Shown one piece after another: positions 55,940 to 64,000 of a stretch of DNA of 64,000 bases. Each line of letters starts with the position of its first letter. Positions within the stretch are counted from its first letter, which is position 1. The DNA comes from an uncultured delta proteobacterium. Its GTDB lineage: Bacteria; Desulfobacterota; Desulfobacteria; Desulfobacterales; SG8-13. The stretch lies in assembly GCA_963848135.1 (NCBI GenBank), contig CAWKCK010000017.1:1-64000 (forward strand), read 5' to 3'. Under the pieces are notes generated by a model. It ran no database searches, was not told the origin of the DNA, and saw nothing but the letters and a program-made list of their open reading frames with translations. The translations under genes were made by a program, and so were the position numbers.

Positions 55940-58009
55940 TCAGGCAACTTTCTCGGTGGGTTCGGCAGCATGACGGTAGCATATCAAACCGCATTGCAAG
56001 CATCGATCGGCTTCGACTCGGGCTGCTGCTTCATCGAAACCCAATTCTATTTCTTTGTGCTTGCCTTCATCGTGGGGTCCCCGCAACGGCATGAGGCGGC
56101 GCGCAGAGGAATTGACGTCTGCAACATGATCGACGTTTTGAACATACACGTCCGGCGTCACGACATTATCAGGAAGATCCAGAGGGATTCCGTACATGAC
56201 TTCATGGACCGATGCGGCAATACGGCGTCCTGCGCCGATGGCCTTTATGGCCGCGCTGAAATCGGTGAAGGCGTCTCCTTTAGAAAACAGGCCGATTTCG
56301 GTTCGGAAGGCCGGTTCTTTGTAAGGGCTCATGCCCACCCAGCGCAAGGGGCCCTCTGCCTCAGGCATGGCATCTGCGGACGCTTCTTCGTCCGTGGTGG
56401 CTGCAAAGATAACTATTTCAGGCAGACGGCCACTGGCAAGAACGAGGGTCCCGGCGGTCAACGACGCCTTTTCGCCGGTTTTCAGATCGACCGTTTCAAT
56501 TCCTGTCAAACGGCTGCCTTCACCTTGAAGTTGAACGATTCCGGTGTTGAACAGAAAGCGGACTTCCCGCCCGGCGAGTTCCTCGAAGAGAGTATCGTCT
56601 AATCGACATTCTTCCTGTGTTTCTCTCAAAACGACAGTGACCTTGTCCCGGCCAATATCCTTGCTGATTCGTGCCGCATCGAGCGCAAGCCGGCCGCCAC
56701 CGTAGATAACAACGTCTCCTTTTACATCGACGCTGGAATCCTTTTGCAGCGCGTTTTTCACGAAATCGAGCATCAAGTAAACACCGGGTATCGGCTCTTC
56801 AACCTTGTGCAGTCCTCCGCGGGCCAGACGACTGTCCCAACCGCCCAGGGTAACCAGCACGGCTTGGTTACCACTCTGCAGCAAGGATTCGACTGTCACA
56901 TCTTTTCCTAACACCTTTTGAGTCTGCGCTTCGACACCCATCTCGAGAACACCATCGATATCCCAATCGAGAACCTCAGCCGGCAGGCGATCGGCAGCGA
57001 TCGCACTTCTGAGCAATCCACCCAATTGGGCTGTCGCCTCGAACAGGGTGGGTGCATGACCCAGTCTCGCCAGGAAGAAGGCCGCCGACAAGCCTTGGGC
57101 ACCCCCACCGACCACCGCAACGCGGCGACCGGTATCCGGGGCTTTGAAAGGCAGGATACGGTTTCCATTCTTCATTTCATAATCGGCCGCATACCGTTTC
57201 AGAAAGTTAATGGCTACGGATTCGTCGACAAACTGCCGGCGGCATTCATTTTCACACGGTCGCGGACAGATCCTTCCGATCACAGCCGGTAACGGATTGC
57301 GTTCTTTGATCACCTGAACAGCGCGGTGATAATCCCCCAGACTTATCTGACGAATGTATTCACAAATATTGATCCCGGCCGGGCAGGCCCGCTGGCAGGG
57401 CGTTGTGCATTCATCGGCTTTGTATTCCTTCAGAATCCTTCGAGTGACTGAAGACAGATTGATAATGTTTTTCGGGCATACGCTTTCACAGGTGCCGCAA
57501 CCGGTGCACAACTCTTCGTCGACAACCGGAAGCCCATCGGACCCCATGACAATCGCGTTGAAAGGGCAGGCGCGCTGACACGTCCCCATTCCAAGGCACC
57601 CGATGGTACACACCTTCATGCCGCCGCTCAACAACGCAGCGGCCCGGCAGTCGTTCAGACCGTCGTAAAGAAATTTCGTGTCCGCGTCGGACACCCCATA
57701 GGTGCAACCGGGACGGGCAATATCCGGCTCCTTGGCTTCAACGCTGACGCCCATAATCGCTGCAATCGCCTCGGCCACATCGGAACCGGCGGCCACGCAC
57801 GAGTTGGGAGCCGCCCGGCCGGCGACGATGGCCTCGGCATTGGCGCTGCAGCCGGGCAAACCGCATCCGCCGCAGTTGGCCCCCGGCAACGTATCTTCGA
57901 CATCCAGAATTTTCGGATCGACGTATACGTAAAATATTTTCGATGCAAAGGCCAGGCCGGCGCCAACCAGCAATCCAAGACTTCCCATCATGATAACGAC
58001 ATCAATCAT
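55940..58009 (-). CDS. RnfB-like ferredoxin fused to GltD/NfnB-like FAD oxidoreductase
   Basis: N-terminal TM, LPGANCGGCG..GC, CLGMGTC..ACP, CTGCGTC, PCQRACP, GRICPRPCE, GGGAQG, EADRCLQC. Confidence 0.85.
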   Translation of the reverse strand: MIDVVIMMGSLGLLVGAGLAFASKIFYVYVDPKILDVEDTLPGANCGGCGLPGCSANAEAIVAGRAAPNSCVAAGSDVAEAIAAIMGVSVEAKEPDIARPGCTYGVSDADTKFLYDGLNDCRAAALLSGGMKVCTIGCLGMGTCQRACPFNAIVMGSDGLPVVDEELCTGCGTCESVCPKNIINLSSVTRRILKEYKADECTTPCQRACPAGINICEYIRQISLGDYHRAVQVIKERNPLPAVIGRICPRPCENECRRQFVDESVAINFLKRYAADYEMKNGNRILPFKAPDTGRRVAVVGGGAQGLSAAFFLARLGHAPTLFEATAQLGGLLRSAIAADRLPAEVLDWDIDGVLEMGVEAQTQKVLGKDVTVESLLQSGNQAVLVTLGGWDSRLARGGLHKVEEPIPGVYLMLDFVKNALQKDSSVDVKGDVVIYGGGRLALDAARISKDIGRDKVTVVLRETQEECRLDDTLFEELAGREVRFLFNTGIVQLQGEGSRLTGIETVDLKTGEKASLTAGTLVLASGRLPEIVIFAATTDEEASADAMPEAEGPLRWVGMSPYKEPAFRTEIGLFSKGDAFTDFSAAIKAIGAGRRIAASVHEVMYGIPLDLPDNVVTPDVYVQNVDHVADVNSSARRLMPLRGPHDEGKHKEIELGFDEAAARVEADRCLQCGLICYRHAAEPTEKVA

Positions 58010-58036
58010 GTTTCTACTCCGTTAGCCCGCAATGGT

Positions 58037-59884
58037 TCAAAAGATCGCATCGAACTTGCACTTTTCAAAACAGGTCATGCATTTGATGCATTTCTCTTTG
58101 TCGATGACGGCGACCGTCTTTTTTTTCCAGGCAATCGCCTCGGTCGGGCACGCCCTGAAACAGGCGCCGCACTTGGTGCATATATCAGGTTCCACTTCGA
58201 ATTTGAGCAACCCAACGCAGCGCTTGGCCGGGCAGCGTTTCTCGTTAATGTGGGCATCATATTCGTCCCGGAAATAGCGCAAGGTCGACAGGACAGGGTT
58301 GGGTCCGGTCTGTCCCAGGCCGCAGAGAGAGGCGGAGCGAATAACATCCGAGAGCTCTTCCAGTATCTGGATGTCTTCCGGTTTACCGCGCCCTTCGCAG
58401 ATACTCTCCAGGATCTGGAGTTGACGTCGGGTTCCTTCCCGACACGGTGTGCATTTGCCGCACGACTCGTCCTGGACAAAGTCCATAAAAAAGCGGGCCA
58501 TGTCAACCATACAGGTGTTTTCATCCATCACGATGGCACCTCCGGAGCCCATGATGGCACCGACCTTCGCGATAGCTTCGAAATCGACGGGCGTGTCGAG
58601 ATACTTCTCCGGTATACAGCCGCCCGATGGACCGCCCAGCTGTACCGCCTTGAATTTTTTCTTTTTGGGTATGCCGCCACCGATATCGTAAACAATTTGT
58701 CGCAGGGGTGTTCCCATGGGCACTTCAACCAGGCCGATATTGTTCACGTCTCCCGAGAGGGCGAATACTTTCGTCCCTTTGCTGGTCTCTGTACCAACAC
58801 CGGCATACCACGCCCCTCCCCGGAGCATGATTTGGGGTACATTTGAAAAAGTCTCCACATTGTTGAGAATGGTCGGCTTTTCCCAGAGCCCCTTGTGGGC
58901 CGGAAACGGCGGACGAGGTCGCGGCATTCCGCGCTTACCTTCGATTGATCGCATCAATGCGGTTTCCTCGCCGCAGACGAAGGCGCCGGCCCCCTGGTAG
59001 ATTTCAACATCAAAGTTAAAACCCGATCCCAGAATGTCCTCACCCAGCAGACCGCGCTCTTTGGCCTGCTGGATGGCAATCCCCAATCGACGAACGGCCA
59101 GCGGATATTCGGTTCGGCAGTAAATATAGCCGCGCACGGAATTAATGGCTTTGGCGGCAATGATCATCCCTTCAAGTACGGCATGCGGGTCGGCCTCGAG
59201 TATACTGCGGTCCATGAAAGCCCCGGGATCGCCTTCGTCGGCGTTGCACAGCACGTACTTGACATCATCCCCGCTCATCCGGGCGAAATCCCATTTAACG
59301 CCAGTGGGAAAACCGGCACCACCCCGGCCTCTCAGTCCGGAAATCTTCATTTGTTCGATGATGTCCTCCGGCGACATATCGAAAAGTGCCTTGGCTGCTC
59401 CCTGGTAACCATCGCGGGCAATGTAATCGTTGATCACCTCCGGATCGATCAAACCCTTGTTACGCAGCGACCGCGGCATCTGGTTGGCAAAGAAAGGAAT
59501 ATCGTCAAGGGAAGCAATTCTTTTCTTTGTGACCGGATCCTTAAAGAGGTGTTTCTCGACGGGCTGTCCCTTTACCAACTGGCTGTCGATAAGGTCAGGT
59601 ATGTCTTCCACCGAGAGTTTTTGATAGAAGATGTTTCCTGGATGAATAACCAGGATCGGTCCCATGGCACAGAACCCGTTACAACCAGTTTCCACAACTT
59701 TAACTTTTTCTCCAAGCCCCTTTTCAACGATTTCCTTCTCAAGAGCCGTCTTTACGGCGATACTGCCGGTTGCATGGCATCCGGTACCGCCACAGATCAG
59801 GCAATAGGTCTTGTCTGCGAACGCGACCGCCGGTGCCATCTCTTCCTTGATCTTCTCCAGATCCTCTACCAGCAACTTCGGCAT
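58037..59884 (-). CDS. NuoF/HydB-like NAD(H)-binding flavo-FeS subunit
   Basis: N-terminal thioredoxin-like 2Fe-2S, GRGGAGFPTG, NADEGDPG, CGKCTPCREG, C-terminal 2x4Fe-4S. Confidence 0.93.
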   Translation of the reverse strand: MPKLLVEDLEKIKEEMAPAVAFADKTYCLICGGTGCHATGSIAVKTALEKEIVEKGLGEKVKVVETGCNGFCAMGPILVIHPGNIFYQKLSVEDIPDLIDSQLVKGQPVEKHLFKDPVTKKRIASLDDIPFFANQMPRSLRNKGLIDPEVINDYIARDGYQGAAKALFDMSPEDIIEQMKISGLRGRGGAGFPTGVKWDFARMSGDDVKYVLCNADEGDPGAFMDRSILEADPHAVLEGMIIAAKAINSVRGYIYCRTEYPLAVRRLGIAIQQAKERGLLGEDILGSGFNFDVEIYQGAGAFVCGEETALMRSIEGKRGMPRPRPPFPAHKGLWEKPTILNNVETFSNVPQIMLRGGAWYAGVGTETSKGTKVFALSGDVNNIGLVEVPMGTPLRQIVYDIGGGIPKKKKFKAVQLGGPSGGCIPEKYLDTPVDFEAIAKVGAIMGSGGAIVMDENTCMVDMARFFMDFVQDESCGKCTPCREGTRRQLQILESICEGRGKPEDIQILEELSDVIRSASLCGLGQTGPNPVLSTLRYFRDEYDAHINEKRCPAKRCVGLLKFEVEPDICTKCGACFRACPTEAIAWKKKTVAVIDKEKCIKCMTCFEKCKFDAIF

Positions 59885-59902
59885 TCAACTTCTCCTTGCA
59901 GC

Positions 59903-60256
59903 TTACCAGGACCCGTCCAGGCCCCTCAGTCCGTTCATGTATAGTTTCCCACTGGCAACAAACAAAGAGTAATGGGTTACCATGATGGGCAGCTTGAAGG
60001 ATCGTGCCAGTTCAATGGCACTCTCTTGCGGTTTTTTGCCTCTGACAAAGACGATGGCACCGACGTCGGCGACCTTGGCCGTGCGAATAACATCGTCACC
60101 GGTGTGCCCGGTGAGGATGACGGCGTCTTTGGTGGCAGCGGCGAGAAAAGCATCCATGATGTCGGCCCCCCCGGCGCCGATGACGGTTCTCTCCAACTGG
60201 TCGTTGCCCGTAAGAATTGTCGCCTTTAGGATGTCCCTGACTTCGGAAATTTTCAT
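59903..60256 (-). CDS. DRTGG-domain protein
   Basis: ADIM...VILTG...IRTA...IVFVRGKKP. Confidence 0.8.
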   Translation of the reverse strand: MKISEVRDILKATILTGNDQLERTVIGAGGADIMDAFLAAATKDAVILTGHTGDDVIRTAKVADVGAIVFVRGKKPQESAIELARSFKLPIMVTHYSLFVASGKLYMNGLRGLDGSW

Positions 60257-60280
60257 TTTACCCAGTAAGCTACCATCAGA

Positions 60281-60775
60281 TTATTCGTACTTATTGAGGA
60301 TATCAATGACGGCGTCTGATGATATCGCGCCGTGGGTATCCTGGCCGATCACCATTACCGGCGCCAGGCCGCAGGCGCCCAGGCATCTGACGCCTTCCAG
60401 CGAAAATCGCCGGTCTTCGGTGGTACCGCCCTCTTCTATTTTGAATTCGTTGGAAATCCTCGAAATGACTTCTTTAATACCCTTGACATAGCAAGCCGTG
60501 CCAGTACACACCTTTACGAGGTGACGCCCTTTAGGCTCCATCGAAAACAGGGAATAGAATGATGCCACTCCGAAAACTTCGCTGCTCGACAGGTTCAAGC
60601 CGTCACTGATATAATCGATAAGTACAATCGGCAGGTAGCCGACAATGTCCTGGCACTCTCGCAGCGTGGTAATCACGGCACCGGGTGTATTTTGATTGGC
60701 GGTAAGGGTCGTATTGACTTTTTCCCACATTTCGGCACTGATGTCTGGGTGAGCAGGCGGTGTCTCCGGTATCAT
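60281..60775 (-). CDS. NuoE/HydC-like 2Fe-2S subunit
   Basis: VASFYSLF, VCTGTAC, CLGACGLAP. Confidence 0.92.
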   Translation of the reverse strand: MIPETPPAHPDISAEMWEKVNTTLTANQNTPGAVITTLRECQDIVGYLPIVLIDYISDGLNLSSSEVFGVASFYSLFSMEPKGRHLVKVCTGTACYVKGIKEVISRISNEFKIEEGGTTEDRRFSLEGVRCLGACGLAPVMVIGQDTHGAISSDAVIDILNKYE

Positions 60776-60976
60776 AGGTTGAATTCTCCGAGGGCTGTGT
60801 ATGGGGCCTTTGCAAGCCCGGACGTGTCATCATCCAAGGGGCTTTTACATCACAATACCAATGAAATGTCAACGGCATCGTCACGGGTTCCTAAATGAAT
60901 ATGAGCGCTTGACGGACACTGGTCACTGAACTATAAATCGCTGGGTCGTCGGTCAATTCCCCTCGAGTAAAACGCC

Positions 60977-61816
60977 ATGAAACAGTATCAACGCCTTGTC
61001 AGAGAAACAGCCGATTTTTTGCGTACCCGCCTGAAATCCTTGCCGATTATCGGGATCCTTACCGGAACGGGTCTCGGGGACAGTGTGCGCTCAATTTCGG
61101 CCAATGATATTTTCCTATATTCCGACTTGCCCCATTTTCCCGTTTCTACCGCCCCCGGCCACCCGGGTAAAATGGTATTCGGCAGCATCGGCCATCGCAC
61201 GGTAATGATCATGCAGGGTCGCCTCCACCTTTACGAGGGCTACTCCCCGAGGGAAGTCACCTTTCCGATACGTGTGATGCAACAGTTGGGTGTCGGTCAC
61301 CTGATCGTCACCAATGCGGCCGGGGGCCTGAATTCGGACTTTCAAACCGGCGATATCATGTGCATCAAGGATCACATCAACCTTTCCGGAGCCAATCCGC
61401 TTGTCGGGCCCAACGCAGATGACTGGGGCGTTCGTTTTCCGGATATGACCCAAGCCTACGATCCACAATTACGACAATTGGCCACTGGCGGTGCGCAGGC
61501 AGCGCAGATTCGATGTCAAACCGGGGTATATGCCGGTCTCCGCGGGCCTTCACTGGAAACCGCGGCGGAAATGCGATTCCTGAAAACCATCGGCTGTGAT
61601 GCTGTCGGATTTTCGACTGTCCAGGAGGTCATCTGTGCCGTCCATGCCGGAATGAACGTCCTGGGACTCTCCACGATTACAAACATCAACAACCCGGATG
61701 ACCCCTCACCGGCCACCGTGGAGGAAATCATCGCGGTTGCCAATTTATCCGCATCGGCAGTGGATACCATGGTAACGTACGTGGTGGAGAATATCGATGT
61801 CCCGACCATCGGCTGA
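60977..61816 (+). CDS. Purine nucleoside phosphorylase (trimeric type)
   Basis: GTGLG, QGRLHLYEG, TNAAGG, DHIN, GPSLET. Confidence 0.92.
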   Translation: MKQYQRLVRETADFLRTRLKSLPIIGILTGTGLGDSVRSISANDIFLYSDLPHFPVSTAPGHPGKMVFGSIGHRTVMIMQGRLHLYEGYSPREVTFPIRVMQQLGVGHLIVTNAAGGLNSDFQTGDIMCIKDHINLSGANPLVGPNADDWGVRFPDMTQAYDPQLRQLATGGAQAAQIRCQTGVYAGLRGPSLETAAEMRFLKTIGCDAVGFSTVQEVICAVHAGMNVLGLSTITNINNPDDPSPATVEEIIAVANLSASAVDTMVTYVVENIDVPTIG

Positions 61817-63113
61817 CCTTTTGGTCGCCAACGGTATCGTCCTGACCCTCGACCACAGCGACACCCGGTTCGCAACGGGTGCAGTGGCTGTTTTGAAAAA
61901 TCGCATCCAGGCCATCGGCCCTGAAGAAAATTTCAGGGATTGGCATGTCACCCATCGCATCGATGCTGCCGGCGGTATCATCATGCCCGGTCTGGTCAAC
62001 ACCCATACTCACGCTGCCATGGCCTGCTTCCGGGGACTGGCCGACGATTTACCCTTGATGAACTGGCTCAACGATCATATTTTCCCGGCCGAGTCCCAGC
62101 TCGACGATGACACCGTTTTCAGTGGTTCGTTGCTGGCGTGCGCTGAAATGATCCGATCCGGCATCACCTGTTTTTGCGACATGTATCTGTTCGAAAATGC
62201 CGTGGCCCGAGCCGCGAGTGGGGCCGGCATGCGCGCGGTGGTGGGCGAGGTCCTGTTCGATTTCCCTTCACCCAATTATGGACCGATAGACAATGGGTTT
62301 TCCTACACCGAACAACTGATTGAAACCTGGCGGGATGATCCGTTGGTCACCATTGCCGTGGAACCGCATTCTCCCTATCTTTGTGCACCCGATCTGCTCA
62401 AGCGGGCCAGTGCCCTGGCCAGAGAAAACGGGCTGCCGCTGGTCATCCACCTGGCGGAAACCGAACATGAAGTGTCGCAAATTCGAGACAAGTATCATCT
62501 CACACCGGTCGGCCTGCTGGCCGAACTCGGGATCTTGGGCGCGAACCTGCTGGCCTGCCACTGCGTGGTTCTGGATGCCAGCGACATCGACCTGTTAAAA
62601 CAATTCGATGTCAAGGTCTCCCACAATGCCGAAAGTAACATGAAGCTGGCATCAGGGATTGCTCCGGTGCCGCAGATGTTGCAGGCAGGCATCTGTGTTG
62701 GTATCGGTACCGACGGCTGCGCCAGCAACAACAACCTCGATCTTCTCCTGGAGATGGACACCGTTGCCAAACTTCACAAGGTCAACACCCTCGATCCCAC
62801 TGTATTGGACGCTCTCACTGTTTTGCGAATGGCCACCATAGACGGTGCCCGGGCATTGGGTCTCGATCGGATCACCGGTTCATTAGAGGTCGGTAAGGCT
62901 GCCGACCTGATTGTCATCGACACAAGGAAGCCCCATTTGACGCCCATGTATAACCCGGTCTCGCATCTGGTCTATGCCGCCAGGGGCAGTGATGTCGCTG
63001 CAGTGGTTATCAACGGCAGAGTGGTCATGGAGAACGGCAGCCTGCTGACCTTAGACGAGCAACAGGTGATGGCAGACGTCAACCGTATTGCTGAGCGGTT
63101 CCGCAATCGGTGA
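61797..63113 (+). CDS. MTA/SAH deaminase-like amidohydrolase (MtaD family)
   Basis: PGLVNTHTH, RGLADD, PHSPY, HLAET, SNMKLASG, GTDG. Confidence 0.88.
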   Translation: MSRPSADLLVANGIVLTLDHSDTRFATGAVAVLKNRIQAIGPEENFRDWHVTHRIDAAGGIIMPGLVNTHTHAAMACFRGLADDLPLMNWLNDHIFPAESQLDDDTVFSGSLLACAEMIRSGITCFCDMYLFENAVARAASGAGMRAVVGEVLFDFPSPNYGPIDNGFSYTEQLIETWRDDPLVTIAVEPHSPYLCAPDLLKRASALARENGLPLVIHLAETEHEVSQIRDKYHLTPVGLLAELGILGANLLACHCVVLDASDIDLLKQFDVKVSHNAESNMKLASGIAPVPQMLQAGICVGIGTDGCASNNNLDLLLEMDTVAKLHKVNTLDPTVLDALTVLRMATIDGARALGLDRITGSLEVGKAADLIVIDTRKPHLTPMYNPVSHLVYAARGSDVAAVVINGRVVMENGSLLTLDEQQVMADVNRIAERFRNR

Positions 63114-63119
63114 GCATGT

Positions 63120-63392
63120 AGATACCCGGGTCCAGAGGGCCCGGCACTGGTTCCTCCCTGAAAGGGAGTGTTGGTTTTATTACATCAAAGTGACTGAAGT
63201 GGACTAAAATGAGCTAAAGTGCCTAAAGTTAAGGAATTCTATCTCTTTTTATAAACGACAGAGCGAAGCGATACGTAAACTTTAGATCACTTATAACTCA
63301 TTTTAGTTCACTCCACACTTTGTATTATTTTCTTGGCAGAGCCCATTATCTCTGACCTGGCCCAAAGGACCCGGTTTTGGATACAGAATAAA
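63120..63392 (+). repeat. Dispersed MITE-like element with 10-bp repeats (copy 2)
   Basis: Aligns with 8211-8459. Confidence 0.85.
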
Positions 63393-63421
63393 ATTCGGCA
63401 TTCTTCCTTCAATAGCCCAAC

Positions 63422-64000
63422 ATGCGCTACGACATCGTCATCCACAACGGCACTGTTCTCACCGTAGACGATCAATTCACGATCCTCGAAAACGGTTTGA
63501 TTTGCATTGTCGATGGCCGGATCGTGCGAATCGCGCCCATTTCATCTGATGACCGGCCGATTCCGGATGCAAAAAAAGTCATTGACGCCGCGGGAGGAAT
63601 CATCCTGCCTGGCCTCGTCAACACCCACACCCACCTCCCAATGACGCTTTTCCGCGGCCTGGCTGACGACCTGCCTCTCAATCAGTGGCTCGAGGAGGTC
63701 ATATTCCCGGCCGAGACCGCACACATGAGGCCGGGAATTGTCCGGATCGGCACGTCTCTGGCCTGCCTGGAAATGCTCCTCTCCGGTACGACCACCTGTT
63801 GTGACGGTTATTTTTTTGAGGACGACGTGGCCCAGACTGTGGCAGACTGCGGTTTACGGGGTGTCCTGGGACAGGGGGTCATCGATTTTGCGGCCCCGGG
63901 AATCGAGACCCCCAGCGATGCCATCGCCATGGTCGAGCGATTTGCTGTGAAATGGAAATCCAGATCCCCGTTGATCCGCCCGTCTGTTTTCTGTCATTCC
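63422..64000 (+). CDS. Second MtaD-like amidohydrolase, partial
   Basis: MRYDIVIHNG...PGLVNTHTHLPMTLFRGLADD; runs off the window. Confidence 0.85.
   Translation, partial: MRYDIVIHNGTVLTVDDQFTILENGLICIVDGRIVRIAPISSDDRPIPDAKKVIDAAGGIILPGLVNTHTHLPMTLFRGLADDLPLNQWLEEVIFPAETAHMRPGIVRIGTSLACLEMLLSGTTTCCDGYFFEDDVAQTVADCGLRGVLGQGVIDFAAPGIETPSDAIAMVERFAVKWKSRSPLIRPSVFCHS

Noticed and set aside
55826..59944. Long plus-strand ORFs antisense to the redox operon (e.g. 258 aa, 253 aa)
   Set aside because: Shadow ORFs of GC-rich genuine genes, with no motifs

Overview
The window looks like chromosome from a sulfate-reducing Desulfobacterota (Desulfobacterales-like) bacterium; this is inferred from gene content. 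Left part (1-28.3 kb): a DHPS/sulfonate-catabolism-like cluster (TRAP DctM end, hpsN/hpsO/hpsP-like genes, an enolase-superfamily enzyme, a TTT transporter), assorted enzymes and signalling genes, leuB and a convergent trkH/trkA pair. Middle (about 28.4-48.3 kb): a mostly AT-rich island ending at tRNA-Glu/tRNA-Lys. It is organised as a cassette-like array in which at least 12 co-oriented, fixed-length (about 58 bp core, about 98 bp full) non-hairpin repeats (TTGCCA...GATACGATCTGGCTATC...GATAG...ATAGCA) separate unrelated minus-strand genes, usually one gene per interval. A decayed tyrosine recombinase sits inside the array between two such sites. This is a candidate integron-like system without attC sites. 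Right part (48.8-64 kb): trkAH, birA-bioY-ECF with a BirA operator, an NuoE/DRTGG/NuoF/RnfB-GltD/RseC redox operon whose RseC has an in-frame TGA at a conserved Cys plus a SECIS-like hairpin (candidate selenoprotein), and PNP with two MtaD-like deaminases. Two families of small dispersed MITE-like repeats are also present. All calls come from manual reading; no searches were run.
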